64,000 nucleotides of DNA from a virus: IMG/VR virus record IMGVR_UViG_3300025687_000029, positions 31,667 to 95,666 of that record; one strand, written 5' to 3'. The notes below the pieces were generated by a model that ran no database searches, was not told the origin of the DNA, and saw only the letters and a list, made by a program, of their open reading frames with translations. Shown one piece after another: positions 37,101 to 46,800 of this stretch. Made by a program: the position numbers and the translations under genes. How positions within the stretch are numbered: the stretch's first letter is position 1; every line of letters begins with the position of its first letter.

Positions 37101-37820
37101 ATGCCCTAATATTTCATGGATTGGCGTGTCTAAAGTAGCATATGCTAAATTAATTACAGCAGTATCGCCTTCTAATTTACCTTTATAATCCTTGGTTCTA
37201 TCAGATTCATATTTAACTTTTAAGCCTATTCTATCAGCCATTCTAGCAGCTAAATCTCTAATAGTTTTTTCAGAAGCTATATACTCTTCATCAGATTGAT
37301 TAGTATTATTTTGATAAAAAACTTGATTAATGAGATTATCTCTTTTTTGTTCTCTCATCTCTCTAAGCTTAGCTTCTCTTCTATCTCTATCAGTTATAGG
37401 TGGAGCTAGAGGTTCTTGCAATATAACCTCATCTGGAAACATATTACCTACCCAAGCTGGAGGATTTTTACCAAATTCTCTTCTAATAGCATCTCTCAAT
37501 TCTTGATTTTTCCTATTAACAGGAAGATAGTTAGGTACTAATCTAAACTTATAAGTTAAAGATTCTCCTACCTGTTCAGGTACTACAAAATGAGAAGTTT
37601 TATTTCTTTTATTATAATTTCTAATTAATCTAAAAACATTTAATTTATTAGATTCAGATGCTTTATAAGGAACCCCCATAGCAGCTTTTAAAGCACTATT
37701 ACTCATTTGTGTAGGAGGAAAGTTATCTTTATAAGCAACCCAGGTTTTCTTAGCTAAATCTAAACCTACTTGTTTTACTAATTTATCCCAATTAGGATTA
37801 TTTGTTTTTGGACATCCCAT
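31122..37820 (-). CDS. giant virion ejection protein (crAss-like) with zincin-like and PD-(D/E)xK-like domains
   Basis: 2232 aa; N-terminal CP..N...W..L, PIHEILGH, GSTDIMAV..DGS; directly downstream of the vRNAP gene. Confidence 0.8.
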   Translation of the reverse strand: MGCPKTNNPNWDKLVKQVGLDLAKKTWVAYKDNFPPTQMSNSALKAAMGVPYKASESNKLNVFRLIRNYNKRNKTSHFVVPEQVGESLTYKFRLVPNYLPVNRKNQELRDAIRREFGKNPPAWVGNMFPDEVILQEPLAPPITDRDRREAKLREMREQKRDNLINQVFYQNNTNQSDEEYIASEKTIRDLAARMADRIGLKVKYESDRTKDYKGKLEGDTAVINLAYATLDTPIHEILGHPIIRALKTGTAQNKQLYQNLLKELEYGKGKEVLDRVKKDYQYKTVKSSKNIDFYEVYDNEYNTLFKSNLTKEEADTLVSEAGEAGYHYISKSVYGNEQIPYTLEEQQEETIVELLGLYTADRLDKVKDGKLISLLKRLLKEMKAYMKSLFKAKEVEIDKLPDNMTLGDIADLLAYSNSKLILPGNEVIYTTPDNQTFKTYQEASNHISELTKLGEVDLGKTSINIKKDINEYPFVVYNTKHNNIIKSFKTYAEAFSYLHTQIPTHLQFEYKVKNLEVTGEISSNPLNEFIEKNKEYEQSKEIIEEWKKVNDIKYDPEEVYSRGQGFYSVVGAYSDFDVELMFQNLLAHIEDNKKSGGEFTISAFTKPVDRKIGHLEGGGGKIKFKIFPKSEDIKWAANDDVYSGSVWDASEKVNKDKKSEIIGVSYTKSPSLNNINSVQPNLADIIDNLAHHHNELGIELTGSNFRLEYDEGVPYSTKKILDNINSILDQKYGKLVEPEIKIKKINEGQQKITKEEYNSIKGTVVYEDESTVVKKHNGDTYTKSPDGYYKLLKDNIGKQPTQTKENLKESIKDVQKKVRGQVYTAKSFEELNELEDAGYEQIGEGIFIKPKEYTTQAEINTRIAALKEGYRKFPRSLIRSEVRQVKFSQGNTIAQMFEADDDLPFQKRQSERASRVPTQQDIVNKLKSWRTNINYTDKGWINKLTNNEIRNIVSEEVESEARKDGYSKNRTTYTVVKQAGIHLWSNQIANFIINDKKTSYKDIQANVIELAKRSPQFREVALEKNITVEELVALDPTLAKDLADGIRLIIKEIKETQKNLNPDGAVEIFSGQQLYNSSIDTVGSTDIMAVYSDGSVGVFEYSAKKFGKDRINKSVKELSQKHRELETFRIVGGYKSILDSEVGNTVFRQARIVPININYGYKTDVGYQGLEIAVNSTPEKYLVQIPLESETTSMTKLDKFVTDLFRLKEGVKSDTKLSYSAREAKMKEIDKSIQTLLVKKDVIGFMNQIHYITKDIENRLNKKLGEEGYLEDNELLNYVSFLEVFLKTNQLEKELNTFSKTQKEDFTTKLRQFSGRVDVLKQDIQNKIFERAINRVGVDELEMGKLPSTFNRLFNGIADIDNPVFQWYNRMLRRTEGNVLRKMDIFNKNINELTEGLRQLAKREGVSVMSLYKRILDDNLNIVSEMDSSYYEAFEDAKKKKDTGWFKKYTIFEKDKYQQAKDRYEKDLRDPIIGIKADYVPEESKEEYNKRREVLIKEDLTKWEKQYNVEKYPNAYKNADYKFISPNRKLNTYKSSKFLEINKTPELKAFYDFHKNFTSKARESVGYDKIKNRNFTSNFRQDVVDRIGQHGVMGIKDIGRILRQNLSAQTTDLDYGELGPDGKPINRIPVYGVSPLHDNLTNKELSHIKQELINEGFEEDTKVFDDEYNRRVKQEEFRKGAELKSIDLATNLMIFAQQVYQAEELNAIEDQVQIAYYTLRENDNIKTTLSDGDTPLKNHLKKNVAKIFGVPTDLISLFEKHVKRDIYGQKIQDEKGKIKYKGITYSIHKLYDILSSYMTLSSMTWDPILAGSNIVNGKINTRLVGKEGIFFTNMGFKDSRKELTNKDKKGVSIVELFKPTSRNFNYEQAIEQSASKLVSTITMRNALKLHEWGDNSVDNQILLSMVRHYKVDSDGKIKNPKTDKLINKDAPSLYDSISIKDDKLEIKNIENLNEEFDSFRAKVQRIAYLIKGSTNRENTSIMDTALIYRILMKFKQWIPGSAMSRFGKLKYDNTLESYNEGRIRAAWGDIIGNGFIPTLKELGKVSGELLSFGMYSKEINQQNLEKSYQRFMLKNPETEFTFDEFKEWYIPMLEGKLRATIQEARTIMILSTAAAMLGFFAGWDDDEETNLFTLYAYRLVKRSALELTFFYDKGSADQLLQNPLVIYRLLEDASNILGNTLDETIDTAFGEERFWYNEDTKKNDQTGFGHYTMKKVPFWSEILDFFDYYEKF

Positions 37821-40800
37821 TATAAATCTAATTCTGTTAAATTACAATTATCTAAATTTTCATCTACTTCTTCATCAGAAGGTATATCTGTTACAGTAGG
37901 TTCATCTTCTGTAAATTTAATTTCATTTTCTTGTTGAGTTTTAATTCCTCTTAATTCTTGTACAGCCTCATCTTCTATTAATTCTCTATAAACCCTATTC
38001 AATTTAATTTCAATAGGATCATTTACTCTATTTGAATTAGTTATTTCTTCTCCTCTATAATCAACAACAGATTTAAATTCAAAGAATTTCTTAATACCTT
38101 TTGGTTGGAAATTAGTACCTGGCATAGTACCAAATCCCCAATCTTCATTTGGTTCAACAAACCAATCATTTAATTTAGCACTCCACTTCTTAAAGAAAGG
38201 TAATGAATCAACAGCAAAATTCTTAGGAACTATTGAATGATCTCTATAGTTATTACTATAAAAGTCATTAATAAAACTATCCAGAGGTAAATTTTTAATA
38301 TTTTCTATAGCATTCGTCATTCTTTCTAAGAAGAGTTCTCCAGGTACAAAGCTAAGAAAATTCATTGGACTTTCCAATTTACCTGATTGGAGAATTATAA
38401 AGTCTAGCAGATCTTCTCCTAGAGGATTTGCCTGAGTATCTGAATCAAGTAGTTCATTCCATCCTGTTACAAGGGATTCTTCAGTAATCTTATCAGTATA
38501 TCTATAAAGCATAGTGATATTACTAATCTCATTTTCCCCTCTAATAACAGGAATTAATACTTTAATTAATGGATTATTTTTATATTTAGCATCAGACTGA
38601 GCTTCTTTTAATCTTCTAGGTACTGATTTATTTCCTGTAAATAACTCTGCATATCTAGATTTCAATGCAGGTTTAATAATATTATCCTGCTCATCTACAA
38701 TATCTTGAGTACCTTCAATTAAACTATAAGTATAATATTCAGTAATGAGTTTATCTAAAGCTTTGATCTTATCATCATATGACATCTTTACAGATGGGTG
38801 ACTATACATAGATATAAATGAATCAAGGGTATCTTTCAGTATTGGATTTCTCAATGCATATATAAAAGGTGTATATGCAGACTCTAATTCTTTGAATATA
38901 TTCTTATAACCTTCCAAGAAGCTACCCTCAGATATTAATTTATCAGCATTTATAAAATCTGTAGATCTCATTACTTTATCAGTAACTACATTCTTATATA
39001 ATAAATCTGAAGTATTCTTAGGAGGTTTAGTATCATAAGAAGTAGCAGTAACAAGTTCTTTAACTTTGTCAGCAGCTAATTCATATCTTAGATAATCTTG
39101 AAGTATTAATGTTTGTAACCTCTTTTGAGTATTATTTAATTTAGATGTAGAGATCATATCTTCTAATTGATCATTAGTAAATAAATCTCTATCATTAATC
39201 TGAGCATTTTCTAATTCAAAATCAGTAGGTCCTCCGTATTTCTCAATTAATCGCTGAACAACTTCCTTCTTATATCTAATATCTCCTGCTTGTCTGGTAG
39301 TATCATATGATAAAGAACCTAGATTTTCCAATTGAGACTGCATATCTCTAATTATAGGCTGATTCATAAATAATCCTACAGTTTTTAGAGGTATTCCTGC
39401 TCTTAATAGATATATAAATAAATTGGCTGTTTTTGGACCTGCATTAATAGTAAATACATAAGGATCTTTAGCAGCATCTACATAAGAAGATATTAATTCA
39501 TTAAATAGATTTTGTATATTTTCATTTGCTTTATTAGTATTTTTACTTAGTGGAATAGATCCATCTTCAGTACTGTTACTTTCTAAGAATAGTTTAGTAC
39601 TTATTGGTAAAAACTTTCTACCTACTTTAGCAGTAATAACGCTTTCTATTCCTAGACCTGCATGTACAAAGTTTATATGAGAAGTAGATGCATTGGCTGC
39701 AATACCTACTCCAGATTTAGCACCTAATAATTCAGCAGCTTTATCTAAAGAATTGACTAATCCAAATGCTTGTGTCCAAGTAACTTCTTTAATCCTCTTA
39801 TAGTCCTTTAATTCTCCTGGTTTACCTTCTTGTAACCAAGAAATATAATCAGCCAATCCTTCCATATTATCAGCAGCAATAGGACTAATTAATCTTTCAA
39901 AGTTTTGAGGAGAAGTAACTATCTTATGTTTAAGTTCTACAAGCTTATTTTCTACCTTTTGCAGTTCAAACTTAGACCTATTCATAGGATTTTTAACTCT
40001 ATCCTTATAAGTCTCATAATCACCTTCTAGATATACAGGGTTATTATCAAAATCATAATAAACATTAGGAGTATAAATATTTAATTTATCAATATCAAAG
40101 TCACTACCAGCTTTAGCTACAATCTCTGAAGGAAGTATTATAATATCTCCGGCTTCTTCTGGTAAAAAATCTTTAATTATTAAAGATTCAATTGAATTTA
40201 ATCCTTGTGTGGGAATCCTAAAACCCAGTATTTCTAATAATCTTGGATCTGTTATTTCACCAATTTCAATACCTTTCTTCTTAAAATAAGAAGGTATGTA
40301 CACTTCAGCTTGCTCAACAAACTTTAATTCTCTGCCTTTAGAATCTCTTCTTGTGTAGAATTTCAAATCAGCAGCTTGGAATTTCTTATCTCCAACTTCT
40401 ATCTTATCTACAGCATTTTTATAACCTTCCATCATAGACACAGATACTTGTATTTTCATACCTCCTGTTCTCTTTTGTCTTATAGAAGATTTATCAGCAA
40501 TTGAGTATAATATAGATTCTAACTGAGTTCTATTGGATAAAACATCAATACCAATATTGTTAATTTTATCAACCATATTGATTCTATCTTCAATAGTACC
40601 TCTAGATAGTAATTCGTCTTTAATCAGCTCTTTAAAGGCAGTAAAATTATCTTTAGATTCATACTTACCATCAACAAGCTTTAACCCTAGCCTATCAAGT
40701 AAATTATCAAAACCTAACTGTATTCTTTGATTATTAAGGCTTATATATTCATTATAGATCTCTTCAGTAGTAGCTTTAGTATCTCTAAAGGTCATTTCTT

Positions 40801-43800
40801 TAAAGTTACCATTATCATCTCTAAGAGCATCTATAATATGCTTCATTTCTTGAGTACCTGTAGTAACTGTATCTTTAACCTTCTGTTCTATATTAACTTG
40901 AATACCCCATTCTCCAGTATAAGTATTTTGAGTTAATGCTCCTTCTAAATCAGCAATACTAAAATCTTCATTAAATATATTCTGAGGATTTCCCCCTAAT
41001 TCAGTTACTTTAGCTCCAATTTTATTAGCAGATTCAAATACAGCAATACCTATTTGCTTAGAGGTCATATACTGCATAAGCTTCTCCATTTCAGTATCTT
41101 GAGCTACAGATGGAATAATGGGAGCTAGAGATAATTTATAGAATGCAGGAATAAATTCACTTTCTTTTAAAGGAGCAAAATATTGAAACTTTTGAGGATT
41201 AAATACTCCTTCAGGCTTTGATTCTAATAATTTAACTCTTTGTTCAGGAGAAGCTTCTTGATATTTAATTTCCCATTGATATAAAGGCTCTTGAATATCC
41301 ATATCCCACTTACCCATTCTAAATAATAGATCTCTATATTCATCAAGTGAGATATATCCCTGACCATCACCTTCATTCATGTGATAAATCTTATTACCTT
41401 TTTTATCTATATGATACCCATAGTATCTATCAGCAACATCCTCACCTAAGACTTTTCTATATTCTTCTAAGTATCTTGAAGGTACTTTCTTATCTCCAAA
41501 AGTCATAGTAGTAATACTAGGAACATCTATATCATTAATTTTACCATCAAGTCTTTTAAAGTTAGTATTAATCCAGTTATTTAGATTTCTACTTGTGTTA
41601 GGTAATTCTTTTGTTCCAATAGGGCCGGATAATCTTTTAAAGAAATTATCTGTATTCTTATAATATGCAGGTGATCCAAAGAAGAATTTTGTCTGTTCAA
41701 TATTACCAATGAAATCTCTAGCTGAATACTCTGCCATAAATTCATTGAGTTTATCTTCTGACATCTTCTTGCCTAGATAATTATAATAATCCTTTTGTTT
41801 TGTTATAGTTCCAATTCTAAGAAACTCATCTATATTCTTTTTCTGTCTAACATCTAAGAATAATTCCATAAGTTTCCTTAAAGACAACTCATTACCACTA
41901 CTAATAAAAGAATCTGTATTAAACTCTTCAATGAAAGATTTAACATCTTCTCTAGTTCCATCCATAGCTTCATTGAATGCTACTATAAGTTCCTCATTAC
42001 CAGAATTCTTAACAATATCTATCATTGGACCTGAATTGAGTTTATCTTCATATTGATAAAACTCAGTTCTATCCTTTAAAGATACCCATTTGATCATTTC
42101 ATCCTCTAAATAACCAACCAACTGATCAAGAATTGTTCCTTTATCATTAGTAAATACTCCAGGCATACTTATAACTCTGAATAGTTTATTGTCAGAAGCT
42201 CTTAACATAGGATATTTATCCTTCATTGTAGATTCAATGTACATAACCCCTTTATCAGAAGGAGCTAAACTTTCAAATAAATCTCCTTGATTATCTCCAA
42301 ATGTAGAGAAATCTTCATATATCTCTACAGCTACATCAGTATTTACATTAGATCTCTTATTTCCATCCTCGTCAAATATAGCTCCACCATTTCTTAATAA
42401 CTCTGAATTATTTAAAGACTTATCTGCAAAATGAGGATATAATTTAAGCAACTCATCTTTGGTTGAAACAGCATTTAAAACACTGGATGTTTTAGACATA
42501 TTACTATGTAGAGAGATATTATATAACTTATCACCCTCTCTGTTTCTATGGGAATTTTCTACAATATTAATAGAAGTTAATGCTTCTAATCTCTCATAGA
42601 ATTTTCTCGCTTCATCATTTATAGATAAATTATCATTAAATAGATTCTTAGTCTTACCTTCTTTTATATTTTTATATACAGAATTAGTAAGAGTTTTAAA
42701 TCTACTAGCATTCATTTCATCAGGTAATGATCTAAACTGTTTAGGAGTACCTGTAAAATTAGTAAATTCAATACCTAAGTTCTTTAAAAATATAATTTTA
42801 TCTTCAATAGTATCTCCAGGTTGCTCTAAAGAATCTACAAATTTATCAGAATATACAGCTCCTTCATCAGATACTTTCATCTTAGAAGTTCCATTTATAT
42901 TAGAACTCCAAGTGGTTTGAGCAGTCTTCATTCTACTTTGAAGAGTAGGATCTAAATGAACTGCTTGATTTCTATCAGAATCTATTTTTACTCCGGTATA
43001 TTTTATATTTTGTTTATTAAATGTATTATAAAATTTATTTAATATAATTCTATCATCAACATTTAAGTTATCTTCTCCTACTTTAAAATAGTTAATAACA
43101 GGCCCAACTTCAGGATTAACTTGTTTAAGTTCAATCATCCTAACTAACATATCTTCTTCAGAAACTGCATCTGCTAATTTGTTGAATAACATGTTAGATA
43201 TAGTATTATAATCAATAGCTCTAGGTGTACCAAAACTTGTATAAGCATTGGCAATCTGCCCATTACCTAATTTTTCAGCAGCAGGAATAGCAGACAATAT
43301 AGTCTTCACTTCTGTAGTAGCTGTATCTTTAGCTGATACTTTGATAGATACTTCAGCCCAATGATTACCCGCTGAATCTCTACCTTTATCAGGATCTTCA
43401 TTAAACATTTCTTCTAAATCAATAGTAATACCCATCTGACGCAAATGTTCAGTATGAATATCAACTATAGAGTCTTTAGAGCTACTATTATTCAATGATT
43501 TTATAATAGTAGATATATTCTGTATATTATTAATTAATTGTTGTTTTTGAGCTTCTGTAGTAGCTATTTTAAGATCTTCTCCATACTTTCTAATATATCC
43601 TCCTAAAGTTTCTTTAACTCTACCATATACAGTTTGTAATTCAGGACCGGACATCTTTTTAAATTGTTTAAATGTCTTACCCATGTTATCAGGATGGAAT
43701 ATTTCTCTAAAGAATAGATAATTAATACTATTTAAAGCTTCATTTGTAAATGATTGAGAAGTTCCCGGTATTACTCTATATAGTTCTTGGGTACTTGTAT

Positions 43801-46800
43801 TTACTGGATTTCTATACTTAAAATATCCATTATCAATAGCTTTAAATAAGTCTAAAGGAGTTTCGGTACTAAATTTCCTAAACTTGTTAATAAATGCTTT
43901 TATTGCTTTAAATACTCTACCAATAAAACCTTTTGGTTGTTTTAGAGAATTTACATATTTTCTATATTCTTCAGCAAGTTTTTCTTCAACTTTCGCATCA
44001 GATAAATCAGAATCATTCTCTTCTCTCCAAGTATCATATAACTGTTTTCTTTGTGTATCAGTTAGATACAATTTACTGACAATATGAAATGCTTCATGAT
44101 ATACAGTATCAGTAGATGCTATATCTGATAATTCTACTCCTGCCTTAGTAAATTTACCCCAGGCTTTATTATCTATAAGACCTTTAACTACTTTTAATTC
44201 AGTATCTCCAAATCTAGAGTTTAAATATCTTTGTGCAGCCTCTACATCTAACTTGGATACTTTATTTTCTTCAGGAGCTAATCTATAATCAAGCTCTGTT
44301 AATTTAGTATCATCAGCTTCAAAATCATTAGCAAGTTTAGCATCAGTACTAAACTCATTTATAAGATCTTGTATATCATCAGTATTAGTAACAATATCAT
44401 CTTTGGTTGGCTGATCTTCTTGAGGAATTGTTTCAGCTTCTTCTATAGGAGCTAATGATTCTCTGTGAGTTCTATCATAGATTAAATATTGATTCTTAAA
44501 TCTAGGTTCTGATATTTCTAAGGTTTTATCTCCAACTTCAGTTGTTATTGTTTTATTAGTTAAAGATGTTACAAGAACATTATCATATAAATACTTCTTA
44601 TACCCTCCATCTCTAACTTTAAATGTTTTTATTTTAGGTTTACCATTTTTATCAAAAGATTCAATTAATTTAAAGTCTTTACCTCCATATCTTTCCAGTA
44701 TTTTATTAGAAACTTGATGGTATGAAGTTCTTAAATAATCATTTAAAGCATCTTCTAATTCAGGATTTAATCTTAGTTCTCCTTCAAGTGAAGCAGGATC
44801 AATTATATCTATAGGAGATTCAGTATTCTTATTTAGAATAATAGCTCCTCCAGTATTATTATTAACTCTATAGAAATTGCTAATAGCATCATCTCCAGTA
44901 AAATAAACAATACTTTTCAAGTAATCATAAATATTCTGTCCTTGTATTTCTACAGTTTTTACTTTTACTTGAGGAGTTTTATATCTCTTATCTACAGATT
45001 GTTGAGATACCCAATATTTAAAAGTATCTATGATATTCTGTCTTTCATTATCATTAAGAACTCTACTATTAACAAAATGAATATTACCTGTAGTTTCATT
45101 AAATATATAAGGAAATCCCGGTTTACCTTGAATAGTTTCTCCGTTAGGTAATTCTATTTTATTATTTGTTGCTACATATAACTGAGAATTACCAGGCTTT
45201 GCTATCTCAGTAACAGGTCTGGTTTCTAATAATCCTGACTCATTGAATGAATATACTTGAATACCTCTACTCTTATTAGTAATTTGAGATACAAAAGATT
45301 CTCCTTTTTGTAGTTTTTCAATAAGAGCAGTTTTATCTTTATAATACTGTTTTGTTTGCTCCTGAAATAACTCATCAGCTTCTTGTTCAGTAATACCTTC
45401 AGGAGTATAATAAGTCTTACCAAACTCATTACTTTCTTTAGGATTAGTCATATAAGTAACTATGCCTTTTTCTCCTACTTCACTAAATTCTATAGCATTA
45501 CCATTAACATCAACAGGTGTAAATTCGCCTTTGGAATATGTACCAATAGTTAAGAATACATCTCCTTCAGAACTAGCTTCAGGTAATTCTATTCCTGGAA
45601 CTGATAATGAATATCTAACATGATATTTAGTAACATCTTGTTTATCAGTAAATTCTGCTAATCTTAAAGCTTCAGGATTATTTGTTAATACATCTCTACC
45701 TTCTTCAGTAAAATGAGATCTGACAGAAGTACCATTAGCTGTATTGGCAATACTTCGCTTAACAGTTTTAAAATCCTCATCCTCAAATTTATTCTCTATA
45801 GTTTCTACATCATTTGTAGATTTTTCTTTAGTTATATCTTCTTTAGTTTCAGCTTCAACTTTTTTAGCCTTCTTAACTTCTTGTTCTGCAAAAACTTTTT
45901 CTAAAGGATCAACAATCTTAGATTCATCATATATAACTCCTTGTTCTGGGCTAATTGGAGTATACTGATTTAATTCTTCAGGGGAATTAAGCTTAATTTT
46001 TTTATTTGGATTCTTAATATCCTTTAAAACAGTATTACCTATTTTATCTTTAGTAGTAATATAAAAGTTTCCAGAATCATCTTTTAAATATTGACCTTCT
46101 GGAATACTATCCATTTTAGCCTTACTTTTAATATTTTCACCCTCTTTATCTACTTTATCATCAATACTGTTCTTTTGATTGAATTGTTTTCTAAGATAAT
46201 CATTATCATTAAGTTTGGATTGTCTCTCTCTACTTTTAACAATATCTTTTCTATAAGTATCTAAAGTATCAGCTTTTTTATTAAGATCTGTTTTTTCAGA
46301 ATCAGTAAGACTCTCATTATTACTAATAGAATCTTTAGTAGCTTTAATATCTACCTTACCTTCTTCATTATATTTTAAATCAGATCCTATATCATTCCTT
46401 AATTCTTCAGATTTATTAATTAGAAACTTTTGATTTAAAGATTCTGTAATTCTATTATTTAGAACAAGATTAGAAAAATTACCAATCTTTTGTATATCAT
46501 CAGTTTCTTTAACTTGAAAATTACCAAAGTTTGCTACATGATCTTTATTTGCAGTTTCTACAATTTTCTTATACTCAGGTATTTTATTTAATAGATCTTG
46601 TTCAACATTATCAAAGTATTCTTGAGGAATACCTGCATTAGTACCTTCTTCTTTTTGTTTTGCTGCATATTCTCTAATATAAGTTTCTATCTGCTCTTGA
46701 CTATATCCTTCTTTAATAGCAGGATATATAACATTAAAGTCTTTTATATTCTTTACATAATCAAAAGCTTCTCTATTGTTATTCATAGCAGCAGCATCAA

